A stretch of 47,228 bases of DNA from an uncultured Deferribacteres bacterium (GTDB lineage Bacteria > Zhuqueibacterota > Zhuqueibacteria > Zhuqueibacterales > Geothermadaptataceae): NCBI GenBank assembly GCA_964014485.1, contig CAXHAT010000039.1:1-47228 (forward strand). Reading direction: 5' to 3'. Each line of letters begins with the position of its first letter. Within the stretch, counting starts at the first letter, position 1. Under the pieces are notes generated by a model, which did no database searches, had not been told where the DNA came from, and saw only the letters and a list, made by a program, of their open reading frames with translations. Shown one piece after another: positions 1 to 8,212 of the stretch. The position numbers and the translations under genes were made by a program.

Positions 1-661
1 ACAATGCTCCGGTTGCCGCGTCGAAGCGATAAATCAAAATTTTGTCTAATCCCAAATCCGTCGCGAAAACGAATTTATTGGAAGCGTCGGCAAAAATCTG
101 GTGTGCGTGCGGCCCTTCCTGACGCTTTGGATTGACGCTCGAACCTTCGTGTTGCACAACGCTCGCCGCTTCGCCCAAAGAGCCGTCTTCCAAAATTGGA
201 AACGATGCGATTGTCCCGCTGACGTAATTTGCGACCAGCGCCCACTTGCCGGTTCGATCCAGCGAAATGTGACACGGCGCGCCGCCCTGCGATTCGATTT
301 GATTCAACAATGTCAATCCACCGTCGTTTTCATCAACCGAAAACGCGCTGACCGTGCCTGTTGGGCGGCCGTCGAATTCCAGTAATTCATTGACGGCGTA
401 GAGAAAACGCCCGTTTGGGTGAATCGCCAAAAAAGAAGGATCGGCCGCGGCGGCTTTGTTTGCAAATTTCAAATCGCCCGTTTCCGGATTGAATTTGTAC
501 GCGTAAACGCCCTCGCTGTCACCGGAAGTATACGTGCCGACGAATAGCATCATTTCATTCGATTCCCGATTTTGTGCGCAGGAAAAAAGTTGAAAACTCG
601 TCCCCGAAAACACAGCGATCAAAGCAAAGCGCCGCAGCAAAAAACGTCTTCCCGCGCCCAT
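1..661 (-). CDS. Lactonase family protein (6-phosphogluconolactonase-like beta-propeller), runs off the window's left edge
   Basis: Not in the ORF track because it has no stop inside the window. Manual translation from ATG 661 (GGAGAGG upstream): MGAGRRFLLRRFALIAVFSGTSFQLFSCAQ...MLFVGTYT...PSFLAIHPNGRFLYAVNE...GGAPCHISLD...ALVANY...RQEGPHAHQ...DLGLDKILIY, all typical Pgl motifs. Confidence 0.9.
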   Translation of the reverse strand, partial: MGAGRRFLLRRFALIAVFSGTSFQLFSCAQNRESNEMMLFVGTYTSGDSEGVYAYKFNPETGDLKFANKAAAADPSFLAIHPNGRFLYAVNELLEFDGRPTGTVSAFSVDENDGGLTLLNQIESQGGAPCHISLDRTGKWALVANYVSGTIASFPILEDGSLGEAASVVQHEGSSVNPKRQEGPHAHQIFADASNKFVFATDLGLDKILIYRFDAATGAL

Positions 662-750
662 GAATCCTCTCCGAAAAACTTGATTTTGTATTAGATTGCG
701 TTCGTGGATTGCAAGGTAGCCAATTCCCCCGGTTTTGCAATTGGAAACGA

Positions 751-2160
751 TTAAAATACTGGAGTGTTGGCGCGGTCCGGGAGCAAATAAAGAAAACAAG
801 CCGCCGGTAAGCCGACGACGCCATTGTCTTGAAAAAACTTATCTTTCGTCACTACGACGCCTTCGCCAAAGCTCCTTTTGATCGTCGTATAATCTATCGG
901 CGAGATGACCGTTTGCTGCTTGACCTCAACCGGAATCTCTCTGCCGTTCCAGAGCACAACAAAATCGACTTCCCGGTCGCGTTTCGATCGCCAGTAGAAC
1001 AGTGAATCCAAATTGGAAAATCCCTCAAATAATTGCCGCTCAGAAGTTCGCATCAGGGTTTCGCCGACGATCCCTTCAATTTTCATGGACTGCTCGAAGG
1101 CGTCGTCGCGCATGTTTGCCAACTGCGCCAAAACCCGGTACAAAATCGGATCAAAGGGGTAATATTTTCGATTCTTGTTCGGACGGGGCTGGAAGCGGCC
1201 CTTGTCAAGGAAAGGCAGAATATATAGCAAAAAAGAATCGGCGAGCATTTGGATGTATTCTTTCACCGTATTAACGGAAATCGCGCCCGCCTGTTTTGCC
1301 AAATTGTTCCAACTCACGGGAGCCGCCAAGTTGGCTATAATTCTGCGGCACAAGTTTCTCAAAATAATCCGATCCTTACGCAGTTTTTCAAAATCGGAGA
1401 TCACGACGGATCGGTAGGTTTCTATCGTTTCCGGCGAGACGGCGCCGTTTTTTATGGCGTCGGTTATCGCCGGGGGAAATCCGCCGCTGATTAAATAGCG
1501 GTCGAAATGCTTTTGTAAAACCGCTGTTGAGCGCTTCAAGGCCGGCAGTGCTTTATCGATAGATTCCCGCCAGTGGGAAAAATCCAAAGAATCGGTTATT
1601 TTAACTCCGTTCAGTTCACAAAAACGCCTGAAATTGAGGGGTAAGAGCACGCGGTCCGGACGACTGATTTTACGTCTTCCCGGTAAGCGTTCTCCGCCTT
1701 TTCGCAAGTCAATTGCCGAAGAGCCGCTCAGGATGAACAAAACTTCCGTTCCCAGTCCGAGATCGACGATATGTTTTATCGCGTACTCCCAGCGAGGTAC
1801 AAACGTAATTTCGTCGAGGAAAATGTATTTCTTGCCATTGTCGGAAATTTCCAGAAATTCTCGTACGACATTGAAGAGTTCGCGATCATTTGCAACCAAT
1901 TCCGCATTATAAAAGAGAATATTTTCCGCCGGAAAATGATCTTCCAAAAGGTCGCGGACAAGCATTTTCAAATAGGTTGTTTTACCGATTTGTCTGGAGC
2001 CGCGTAACGTCATTACGCCTGTCTGCCGCAGGTCTTTTTTTGAGATGACGCCGGGTTTGTAGTCAAACGGCGATTTTTCTGCCTGCCGAAGATGAATATC
2101 TTGAAAAATCGCCTGTTTATTATTCCACCACGGGTTTTGCAGCGCCAGTTCGTTGAGCAT
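751..2160 (-). CDS. AAA_14/DUF4143-family ATPase with a C-terminal PD-(D/E)xK-like domain
   Basis: N-terminal QNPWW, Walker A GSRQIGKTT, Walker B IFLDEI, LSGSS, YLISGGFP, and C-terminal YWRS..REVDFV...PVEVK. Confidence 0.85.
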   Translation of the reverse strand: MLNELALQNPWWNNKQAIFQDIHLRQAEKSPFDYKPGVISKKDLRQTGVMTLRGSRQIGKTTYLKMLVRDLLEDHFPAENILFYNAELVANDRELFNVVREFLEISDNGKKYIFLDEITFVPRWEYAIKHIVDLGLGTEVLFILSGSSAIDLRKGGERLPGRRKISRPDRVLLPLNFRRFCELNGVKITDSLDFSHWRESIDKALPALKRSTAVLQKHFDRYLISGGFPPAITDAIKNGAVSPETIETYRSVVISDFEKLRKDRIILRNLCRRIIANLAAPVSWNNLAKQAGAISVNTVKEYIQMLADSFLLYILPFLDKGRFQPRPNKNRKYYPFDPILYRVLAQLANMRDDAFEQSMKIEGIVGETLMRTSERQLFEGFSNLDSLFYWRSKRDREVDFVVLWNGREIPVEVKQQTVISPIDYTTIKRSFGEGVVVTKDKFFQDNGVVGLPAACFLYLLPDRANTPVF

Positions 2161-2256
2161 GTTTTGTTCTGTTGGTTGAATAAAAATGCTTCTTTTTTGT
2201 TCAGTTGACTTTTCAAAATACCAGCTTTTTGCAGAAGTTCAAGTTTTAAATCGCAA

Positions 2257-3888
2257 TCAACCATACGGGTACATGTTCTTTTTTCCAACTCCGCAAAGCC
2301 CCGCCAGATTCCATGGCGCAATATCGACGACGACGGATTCATAAAAATCGCGCAAATCCGATTTTGTTGGCTTACTCCGGGAGGTGAGTTCGAGCAATCG
2401 CTTGTAGCCGTTTTTGACTTCTGCGCGAAAATCACGATCGTGAGAAAACAAAAACTCGTCGTTCAAATCAGCAGCGCCGCTTTTATAGCGATGCTCGCTG
2501 AAAATCGAGCCGGTGTAGTAATACATCGAGAACGCGGCCAGCAAATCGAAGTTCGAGAACGCGAGATAGCTTCCGTGAATCAGCCAATCGACGAATTCAA
2601 TCTCCCGCTGCAACTGGTGATCATATTTTTCAAGCGCTTCCAAAAACTTCGGCGTTTGCCAATCGTTTTGAAAAGCGTCCGCCAGCCGTAAAACGCCCAG
2701 CAGCGTGTGCGCATTTCCGGGACTGAAAAACGGATCAAGAAAATAAGCGGCCGCAGGCAAAGCAACCCAACCGTCGCCAAAGCTTTGGGGCAATTTTCTC
2801 TCCAAGCGCCCTGTCATTGTAAATGGCCGGATCGCTTCGGATTGCGCGAATTGTTCGGCAATCGATGGATATCGCGCGAGTAAATGCGCCCATTCCTTGT
2901 TTGGATTTTCGGGGTAGGTCGGCGCATATTTTTCGCCATTTAAAACAAATCCTGCGCTGGTCACACCGTTGTTGAAACGCAAAACCCACATCCAGCCTTC
3001 ATCGAAGACATGGTGTAAAGCCGCATCGTCGGGGTGGAACGGATAATCTTCGAGAAAGGCGTTTTTTTCGCTGAGAACGTCTCGCCAAGACCGCACATTT
3101 TTAAAGTGTGAAAAGATCGTCCAGGAATTGGTCTTCATGTCATACCCGCGCTGGCGGGAGGAGCCGCTTGCAGGGGCAGGTTTTTCCTTTTTGCTCGAAA
3201 GCGCCGCTTCTGTCATACCCGCGCTGGCAGGTATCCAGCTTTGGGGCGCTGTTGTCTGGATACCCGCCTGCGCGGGTATGACGCTCAAATTTTCAGGAAA
3301 AATCTCTGAAGAAACAACCGCCGCGCCGCCGCTGGCGTCAATCAGCCACTCCGCTTCAAAGCCCAAGCTCTTGCCGTCTTTTTCGCACGACAAGCGCCAA
3401 TCGTTAGCGCATTTCTTAACTTCATGGATCGTCGTTTTATCGGAATAAAAAACGCCGGATTTGATCGCTTCCTGAGCCATAAAATGATCGAAATCAGCGC
3501 GAAACCATTGCGTATCGCCGACTTGATCGTTCGGGCTGGCGGCGACGAGCATTTCGCGGGAGTGTCGGCGGTCAGGCTGAAAAGGCAGGTTTTTTTCGTG
3601 CTTAAAAAAGGAAGAACCGCGCTTCAGACCGCAGGCAATTTGGGGATAATTCTTCTGCCATGAACCAAATTTGCACAACGGCGCGATGCGGTTGAGTCGG
3701 TAAGCTTTGCAGATTTTTTCAAGAAAAAGGTTGGCCAACGGCGTAGAAGACTCGCCGATTGAAAAGCGGGGATGGCTGCTTTTTTCAATAAGAATGGGTT
3801 GCAGCCCAATTTGCTTTAAAATCAGAGCGGTCAGGCTTCCGGCAAATCCGGCTCCGACGATGACGACGTCTCCGCGAACGACTCTCAT
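2257..3888 (-). CDS. Flavin-dependent halogenase-like oxidoreductase (tryptophan halogenase superfamily, PrnC-like)
   Basis: GAGFAG FAD motif, HPRFSIGESS, CGLKRGSSF (Lys at the halogenase catalytic position), GWMWVLRF (WxWxIP variant), FLDPFFSPG. Confidence 0.85.
   Translation of the reverse strand: MRVVRGDVVIVGAGFAGSLTALILKQIGLQPILIEKSSHPRFSIGESSTPLANLFLEKICKAYRLNRIAPLCKFGSWQKNYPQIACGLKRGSSFFKHEKNLPFQPDRRHSREMLVAASPNDQVGDTQWFRADFDHFMAQEAIKSGVFYSDKTTIHEVKKCANDWRLSCEKDGKSLGFEAEWLIDASGGAAVVSSEIFPENLSVIPAQAGIQTTAPQSWIPASAGMTEAALSSKKEKPAPASGSSRQRGYDMKTNSWTIFSHFKNVRSWRDVLSEKNAFLEDYPFHPDDAALHHVFDEGWMWVLRFNNGVTSAGFVLNGEKYAPTYPENPNKEWAHLLARYPSIAEQFAQSEAIRPFTMTGRLERKLPQSFGDGWVALPAAAYFLDPFFSPGNAHTLLGVLRLADAFQNDWQTPKFLEALEKYDHQLQREIEFVDWLIHGSYLAFSNFDLLAAFSMYYYTGSIFSEHRYKSGAADLNDEFLFSHDRDFRAEVKNGYKRLLELTSRSKPTKSDLRDFYESVVVDIAPWNLAGLCGVGKKNMYPYG
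3139..3282. repeat. Palindromic repeat element (REP/RPE-like) lying in frame inside the halogenase gene
   Basis: GTCATACCCGCGCTGGCAGGTATCCAG (3212-3238) and CTGGATACCCGCCTGCGCGGGTATGAC (3256-3282) are inverted copies (25/27). A third partial copy sits at 3139-3158. Confidence 0.85.
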
Positions 3889-3931
3889 CGCCGAACATCG
3901 CCCCTAAGCCAGAAGTCAGTCGGCAGACAAA

Positions 3932-4017
3932 CTGAAGCTTGAACTACAAACGACAGTGCTTCCTCAAAGCTCAGAGCAGGAGGAAATACTGTCGTTTGTA
4001 GTTCAGCCTTCAGGCTG
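3932..4017. repeat. GTAG-type REP doublet forming a long hairpin
   Basis: CTGAAGCTTGAACTACAAACGACAGT (3932-3957) pairs with ACTGTCGTTTGTAGTTCAGCCTTCAG (3988-4013), 24/26. It contains GTAG followed by the short palindrome CAGCCTTCAGGCTG. Confidence 0.8.
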
Positions 4018-4078
4018 CTTTTGCATCGTGGTTTTTCGAAAGAATTCGGCCCCAAGTCAAATCCGCTCAAAATCGTAA

Positions 4079-5032
4079 TCAACGACGCGAACATTCGCAC
4101 GGCACGCGCGGCAGGACGACTTGCGCCATGTTCATTTTGTAAAGCCGTTGTTTTCGATCTTCCAGACAAAGGTCGCACTTTGAAAATTGTTCCAAATCCC
4201 ACAAATCCGCAAACACTCGCCCTGATTTTTTCTCGATGCCGTAATCAAAAACTTCTTCCAACGATGCGAGCGTCGGCGGCTTGAAAAGTCCTTGCTTCCA
4301 AAGCGCGTCCAGTGCGCCGTTTCCTGCACGCGTTGGGATGACGGCGCAACATTCCACGCCGACGTCGAAAGCAAAATCGATGGTTTTTTTCGCCCATTCC
4401 ACGCCTTCGTCTTCATCGAGAAAAGGCGGACGCAACAAGACAAACGCACGAACCGCAATGCCGTGGCGCACGAGAAAACGCGTCGCTTTTTGATAATCGG
4501 ACATTGTCATCCGTTTGTTGAGCCGCCCCAGAACGCCGGGATGAACGGTTTCCAAACCCATCGCGACTTCGAGCCGCCCGCCGAGTTTTTTGGCGAAATC
4601 AACGCACTTTCCGCTTACGAGTTTTGGATGGTTTTCGATGACGACATTGTCAAAGCCGCGTACGAGATCGGCGATTTTGGGCAAGTCTTCCGGCGGGATG
4701 GCCTTGCTGTCGAAAAAGTTGCCGCTGTTGTAGAGCTTGATCTGCTTTGCGCGATCAGGCAACTCTTGCAGCGCCCACTCAATCTGCGCCGGAATCGCGC
4801 CGGACGGCACGGTTTCGTCCGTTGTGTTTTTCCAAAGATCGCACATCAGGCAGCGAAACGGGCATTCGCGATTGGTCAGAAAAATCGTCGCCGTCTCAAC
4901 GATGTCGCCGGTGTGCGTGCGTTCTTTTTCCAAAAGAAATTCATAGGGCCGGAATGGATCAACATCGTTTTTGGGCGGCCGCTGCTCGACCACCCACGGA
5001 TCGTTGATCTCAAAGAAGCTCGTCTCGTTCAT
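4079..5032 (-). CDS. Radical SAM protein, RaSEA/TIGR01210-like (Elp3 superfamily)
   Basis: CxxxCxxC (CPFRCLMC), IKLYNSGNFFD, IENHP, EVAMGLET, AFVLLRPPFL, and extra C-terminal Cys (CDLC...CEC). The start overlaps the upstream gene by 23 nt. Confidence 0.85.
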   Translation of the reverse strand: MNETSFFEINDPWVVEQRPPKNDVDPFRPYEFLLEKERTHTGDIVETATIFLTNRECPFRCLMCDLWKNTTDETVPSGAIPAQIEWALQELPDRAKQIKLYNSGNFFDSKAIPPEDLPKIADLVRGFDNVVIENHPKLVSGKCVDFAKKLGGRLEVAMGLETVHPGVLGRLNKRMTMSDYQKATRFLVRHGIAVRAFVLLRPPFLDEDEGVEWAKKTIDFAFDVGVECCAVIPTRAGNGALDALWKQGLFKPPTLASLEEVFDYGIEKKSGRVFADLWDLEQFSKCDLCLEDRKQRLYKMNMAQVVLPRVPCECSRR

Positions 5033-6353
5033 AAAGCTTGTTGAAGAACCTCCGGTACGTCAGCGCTTTTTCGGGAAATGTTTTTTGCAGCTCCTCCGGG
5101 TCAACGACCCCGTGCTGGAATCGGCGCTTGGGGAAAATCGGCATGTCCATGTTCGTCACAGCCTTGACGCCTTGCGCAACAACCTCGCCCTTCAATTGAT
5201 AGAGCCGGTCATGATCCCAGTCCGTCATCGCAATGTAGGGAATCGCCTCCGCAATTTCGATGACGTTCGGCAGGGTGTAGGGGCTGAATCCCTCGAAATT
5301 AAACATAGCCGCAGGCGCGAACGTTCGCGTATAGGCGCGGCTCAGGCCGCCGGAGTAAGTGAGCGAATGTTTGATCGATTCTACGCCCCAGCCTTCCTGG
5401 TAGAGCATGAGATTGTTGAGCACGCTGCGGATGGTCAGCTCCGGGTTTTCTTCAATCGGGTAATCTTTCAAATTTTCATCGCCGCCGTCGCCGTCGAGCA
5501 TGAATTTCCATTCCGGGTAGCGCTCGCGGATGGCTCTGAGCAGGGCCAGATTCATTGTGGCGGACTCGATGTCCAGCGGTTTGTAGTCCTCAACGATTTT
5601 GATCGTTTCCCGCCAATCGACGGCTTCTTTCGGCACTTCAATCGGTTCCAGAAACATGCCGAGATTGACGCGCTCCAGAAATTCGCGCGCTTGCGCCAAA
5701 TCGGCGCCGCGTCCTTCCACCGAGAGCGTGAAGGCTTTCAATCGTGACGGTTTCATGCCCAATTCGAGCATGGCGTGATAGGTCAAAAGAAAGACCGAGC
5801 CGCTGTCAATGCCTCCGGAAAAGCTCACGCCAATCGGGCCCTCTGGCGCACGATGCGTCAGCCATTTTTTGATTTCGTTATACAGCGCCGTCATGTAGCG
5901 TACGCCGATCATCGAAACGTCGTCGGTCAAGGACGAACGTTCCGGCGTAAAAAAGCGTTTGTGAACCGGGTTCGGATCAGGACAGCCAAGCAATGCAAGC
6001 TCGGTCACGTAGTGCGCCGGGGCCATGCGCGTATAGGACGGATGAAACTGATCGTCGAGCCCTTCTTTTTTGAGCCATTCGTGAATCGTATCGATGCGTT
6101 CGGCGATCACCAGGCAGGGTCCGTCGATCAGCTTGGCGATAAAATAACGCAGCGGCCGCCCGAGGGAACGCGCCATGCGCACGGTTTTACCGTCAACCGC
6201 AACCAGCGCAAACTGCCCGTCAATTTTGCGAACATCGTCCGCCGAACCGTTTTTGACCAATTCAGTCGCTTCGGTTTCGGACATGTTGTAAATCACGTTC
6301 CGTCCCGGCTGCATCAAGTTCACAACCCGCTCAATGTATTGGTGGTTTTGCAT
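5010..6353 (-). CDS. Asparagine-synthetase-related ATP pyrophosphatase (no N-terminal glutaminase Cys)
   Basis: PP-loop SFSGGIDS and LDGDGGDENL (compare SGEGADE). The N-domain is a remnant (IDGQFALV...MARSLGRPLRY) and begins MQNH, not MC. Confidence 0.85.
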   Translation of the reverse strand: MQNHQYIERVVNLMQPGRNVIYNMSETEATELVKNGSADDVRKIDGQFALVAVDGKTVRMARSLGRPLRYFIAKLIDGPCLVIAERIDTIHEWLKKEGLDDQFHPSYTRMAPAHYVTELALLGCPDPNPVHKRFFTPERSSLTDDVSMIGVRYMTALYNEIKKWLTHRAPEGPIGVSFSGGIDSGSVFLLTYHAMLELGMKPSRLKAFTLSVEGRGADLAQAREFLERVNLGMFLEPIEVPKEAVDWRETIKIVEDYKPLDIESATMNLALLRAIRERYPEWKFMLDGDGGDENLKDYPIEENPELTIRSVLNNLMLYQEGWGVESIKHSLTYSGGLSRAYTRTFAPAAMFNFEGFSPYTLPNVIEIAEAIPYIAMTDWDHDRLYQLKGEVVAQGVKAVTNMDMPIFPKRRFQHGVVDPEELQKTFPEKALTYRRFFNKLYERDELL

Positions 6354-6417
6354 TTCTTAGCCTCTCATTCTTACAATTTCTATCTCGATTTCCGACGGTG
6401 AACCATTTTTGTTTTGA

Positions 6418-6510
6418 ACTGGATTTACCGAATCAACCGGATTGACTGACAGCACAATTTCAGTTCGATCTTTTTTAAACGAGCGATCCAGTCGATCCTG
6501 TTATCCCGTC
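6418..6510. repeat. Inverted array of degenerate 9-nt repeats
   Basis: ACTGGATTT-ACCGAATCA-ACCGGATTG (6418-6444) faces ATCCAGTCG-ATCCTGTT-ATCCCGTC (6486-6510). Confidence 0.55.
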
Positions 6511-6832
6511 GAAAAAATGATTCTCCATTCGCCGCTCAACGATGCAGCGGCGACCAATCGAAAGAAATATAAAATTGCGGATTGTTCAATGCTATTGAAT
6601 CGAAACGGCAGTTCACGTTAAATTCGGCAATGCAATGAAAGAGTTTAGACCAATGATTATTGTTGGCTGAAAAGTCTTTACATCGCAGCGAGTATTTGCA
6701 TATTTCATCGATTTTCACTTGGCAGAAGAGTTTAGAATAAATGGAATAGACAAATCTGAAGCAATGTTTGTGAATTTCCGTGGAGAAATTTCAGGGCGTA
6801 AACAATAATAGAAAACGACGAGATTTCAAAAT

Positions 6833-8212
6833 ATGGATAATTACGATTTATGCGTCATCGGGGCCGGGTCTGGCGGGCTGGTGGCGGCGACGACGGGCAA
6901 TCGGCTGGGCTTGAAAACGGTTTTGGTTGAGAAAAACAAGATCGGCGGGGAATGTACGCATTCCGGCTGCGTGCCCAGCAAAGCGTTTATCCAAAGCGCG
7001 AAATTGTTTTACGGGACGCAGTCTTTTGAAAAATACGGTTTGCCTGAGCCTCGCATCACCGATCAACTTGATTTTGCACGCGTGATGGAACATGTTGATG
7101 GTGTTATTCAAGGTGTTTATCAGCATGAAACGCCGGAAATTTTTGAGAACATGGGCATTGACGTCATCGTCGACTCGGCGGGGGCGGAATTTCAGAACAA
7201 AAAAACGATTCGCGTCGGCGACCGTGTTTTCAGGGCGGAGAATACGATTATTTGCACGGGATCATCGCCGCGAAGTTTGGAATTTGAAGGGAGCGCCGAT
7301 CTTGAGTTTTTGAACAACGAAAACTTTTGGGCATTGCGAAAAATACCGCGCTCAATCACTTTCGTGGGCGGCGGAGTAATTTCCGCCGAATTGGGGCAGG
7401 CAATGCGTCGCTTTGGCGCTGAAGTCAATATTATTGAACACAACCCGCGTATTTTAAAAGTAGTTGACGATGATGTCGCTGATGAAGCAATCCAGATTTT
7501 TCGCAGAGAAGGCGTTAGACTTTTTCACAATGCGAACATCGGTTCTTGTCTGCGTATCGACGACCAAACGATACGCATTTCACTGGATACGCCGGACGGG
7601 AAGGAAACGCTCGAAACCGAGGCGGTTTTCCTTGCGATTGGCAGGCAGCCAAACATCGGCGGGCTCGGACTGAAGAACGCAGGGGTTGCATTTAGCCAAC
7701 ACGGGATTGAAACAAATCAATTTTTGCAGACGACGGCTGAAAATGTTTATGCCTGCGGCGATGCCGCGAGTCCGGCAAAATTTACCCATGCCGCTTCGTA
7801 CCAGGCTGAGATTTGCGTGCAAAATATTCTTAAAAAAGGTTCGCGGAAAAACGATCTTTCCATTTTTCCCTGGGCGATTTTTACCGACCCGGAAATTGCG
7901 CATGTCGGCCTGAGCGAGAAGGCGGCGCGCAAACAGAATGGCGATGTCGAGGTGCTGCGCGTCAATGCAACCCTCGACCGTTTCACGACGGACGGCAAAA
8001 CCGAAGGCTTCCTCAAAATCGTACTGGGCAAAAACGATCAAATTCTCGGCGCGGACGCAATTGGCGCACACAGCGGCGAATGGATTCAGCTTTTGACCAT
8101 GGCTATGAAAAACCGCACGCCGATCAAACAATTCGCCGAAACGATTTTTGCCTACCCGACTTATTCTGAAATCGTTAAAAAAGCGTTTGTGCGCTACTTT
8201 AGAACGAAGTGA
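6833..8212 (+). CDS. Class I pyridine nucleotide-disulfide oxidoreductase (mercuric-reductase-like / Lpd family)
   Basis: GAGSGG, GGECTHSGCVPSK redox disulfide, VGGGVISAE, YACGD, and C-terminal YPTYSE. It has no C-terminal CC pair. Confidence 0.9.
   Translation: MDNYDLCVIGAGSGGLVAATTGNRLGLKTVLVEKNKIGGECTHSGCVPSKAFIQSAKLFYGTQSFEKYGLPEPRITDQLDFARVMEHVDGVIQGVYQHETPEIFENMGIDVIVDSAGAEFQNKKTIRVGDRVFRAENTIICTGSSPRSLEFEGSADLEFLNNENFWALRKIPRSITFVGGGVISAELGQAMRRFGAEVNIIEHNPRILKVVDDDVADEAIQIFRREGVRLFHNANIGSCLRIDDQTIRISLDTPDGKETLETEAVFLAIGRQPNIGGLGLKNAGVAFSQHGIETNQFLQTTAENVYACGDAASPAKFTHAASYQAEICVQNILKKGSRKNDLSIFPWAIFTDPEIAHVGLSEKAARKQNGDVEVLRVNATLDRFTTDGKTEGFLKIVLGKNDQILGADAIGAHSGEWIQLLTMAMKNRTPIKQFAETIFAYPTYSEIVKKAFVRYFRTK

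Noticed and set aside
3885..4202. 105-aa ORF bridging the rSAM and halogenase genes
   Set aside because: It overlaps the rSAM gene, and its LKAELQT/VVQASV segments are just translated REP sequence.
4292..6401. Long plus-strand ORFs (250, 258 and 208 aa), and similar ones at 18759, 20229, 22652, 34479, 36878, 38386, 39876 and 44277
   Set aside because: Antisense shadows of well-supported genes, with no recognisable motifs.
6536..6718. 60-aa Cys/Trp-containing ORF upstream of the AsnB-like gene as a RiPP (lasso-type) precursor
   Set aside because: GTG start without an SD, no leader/core pattern, no RRE or B-type protease in the cluster, and the rSAM is not SPASM-type. It cannot be fully excluded without homology data.
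6833..8212. Mercuric reductase merA or dihydrolipoamide dehydrogenase lpdA
   Set aside because: It lacks the MerA C-terminal Cys-Cys and mer context, and lacks the Lpd HPTxxE His and 2-oxoacid dehydrogenase context.
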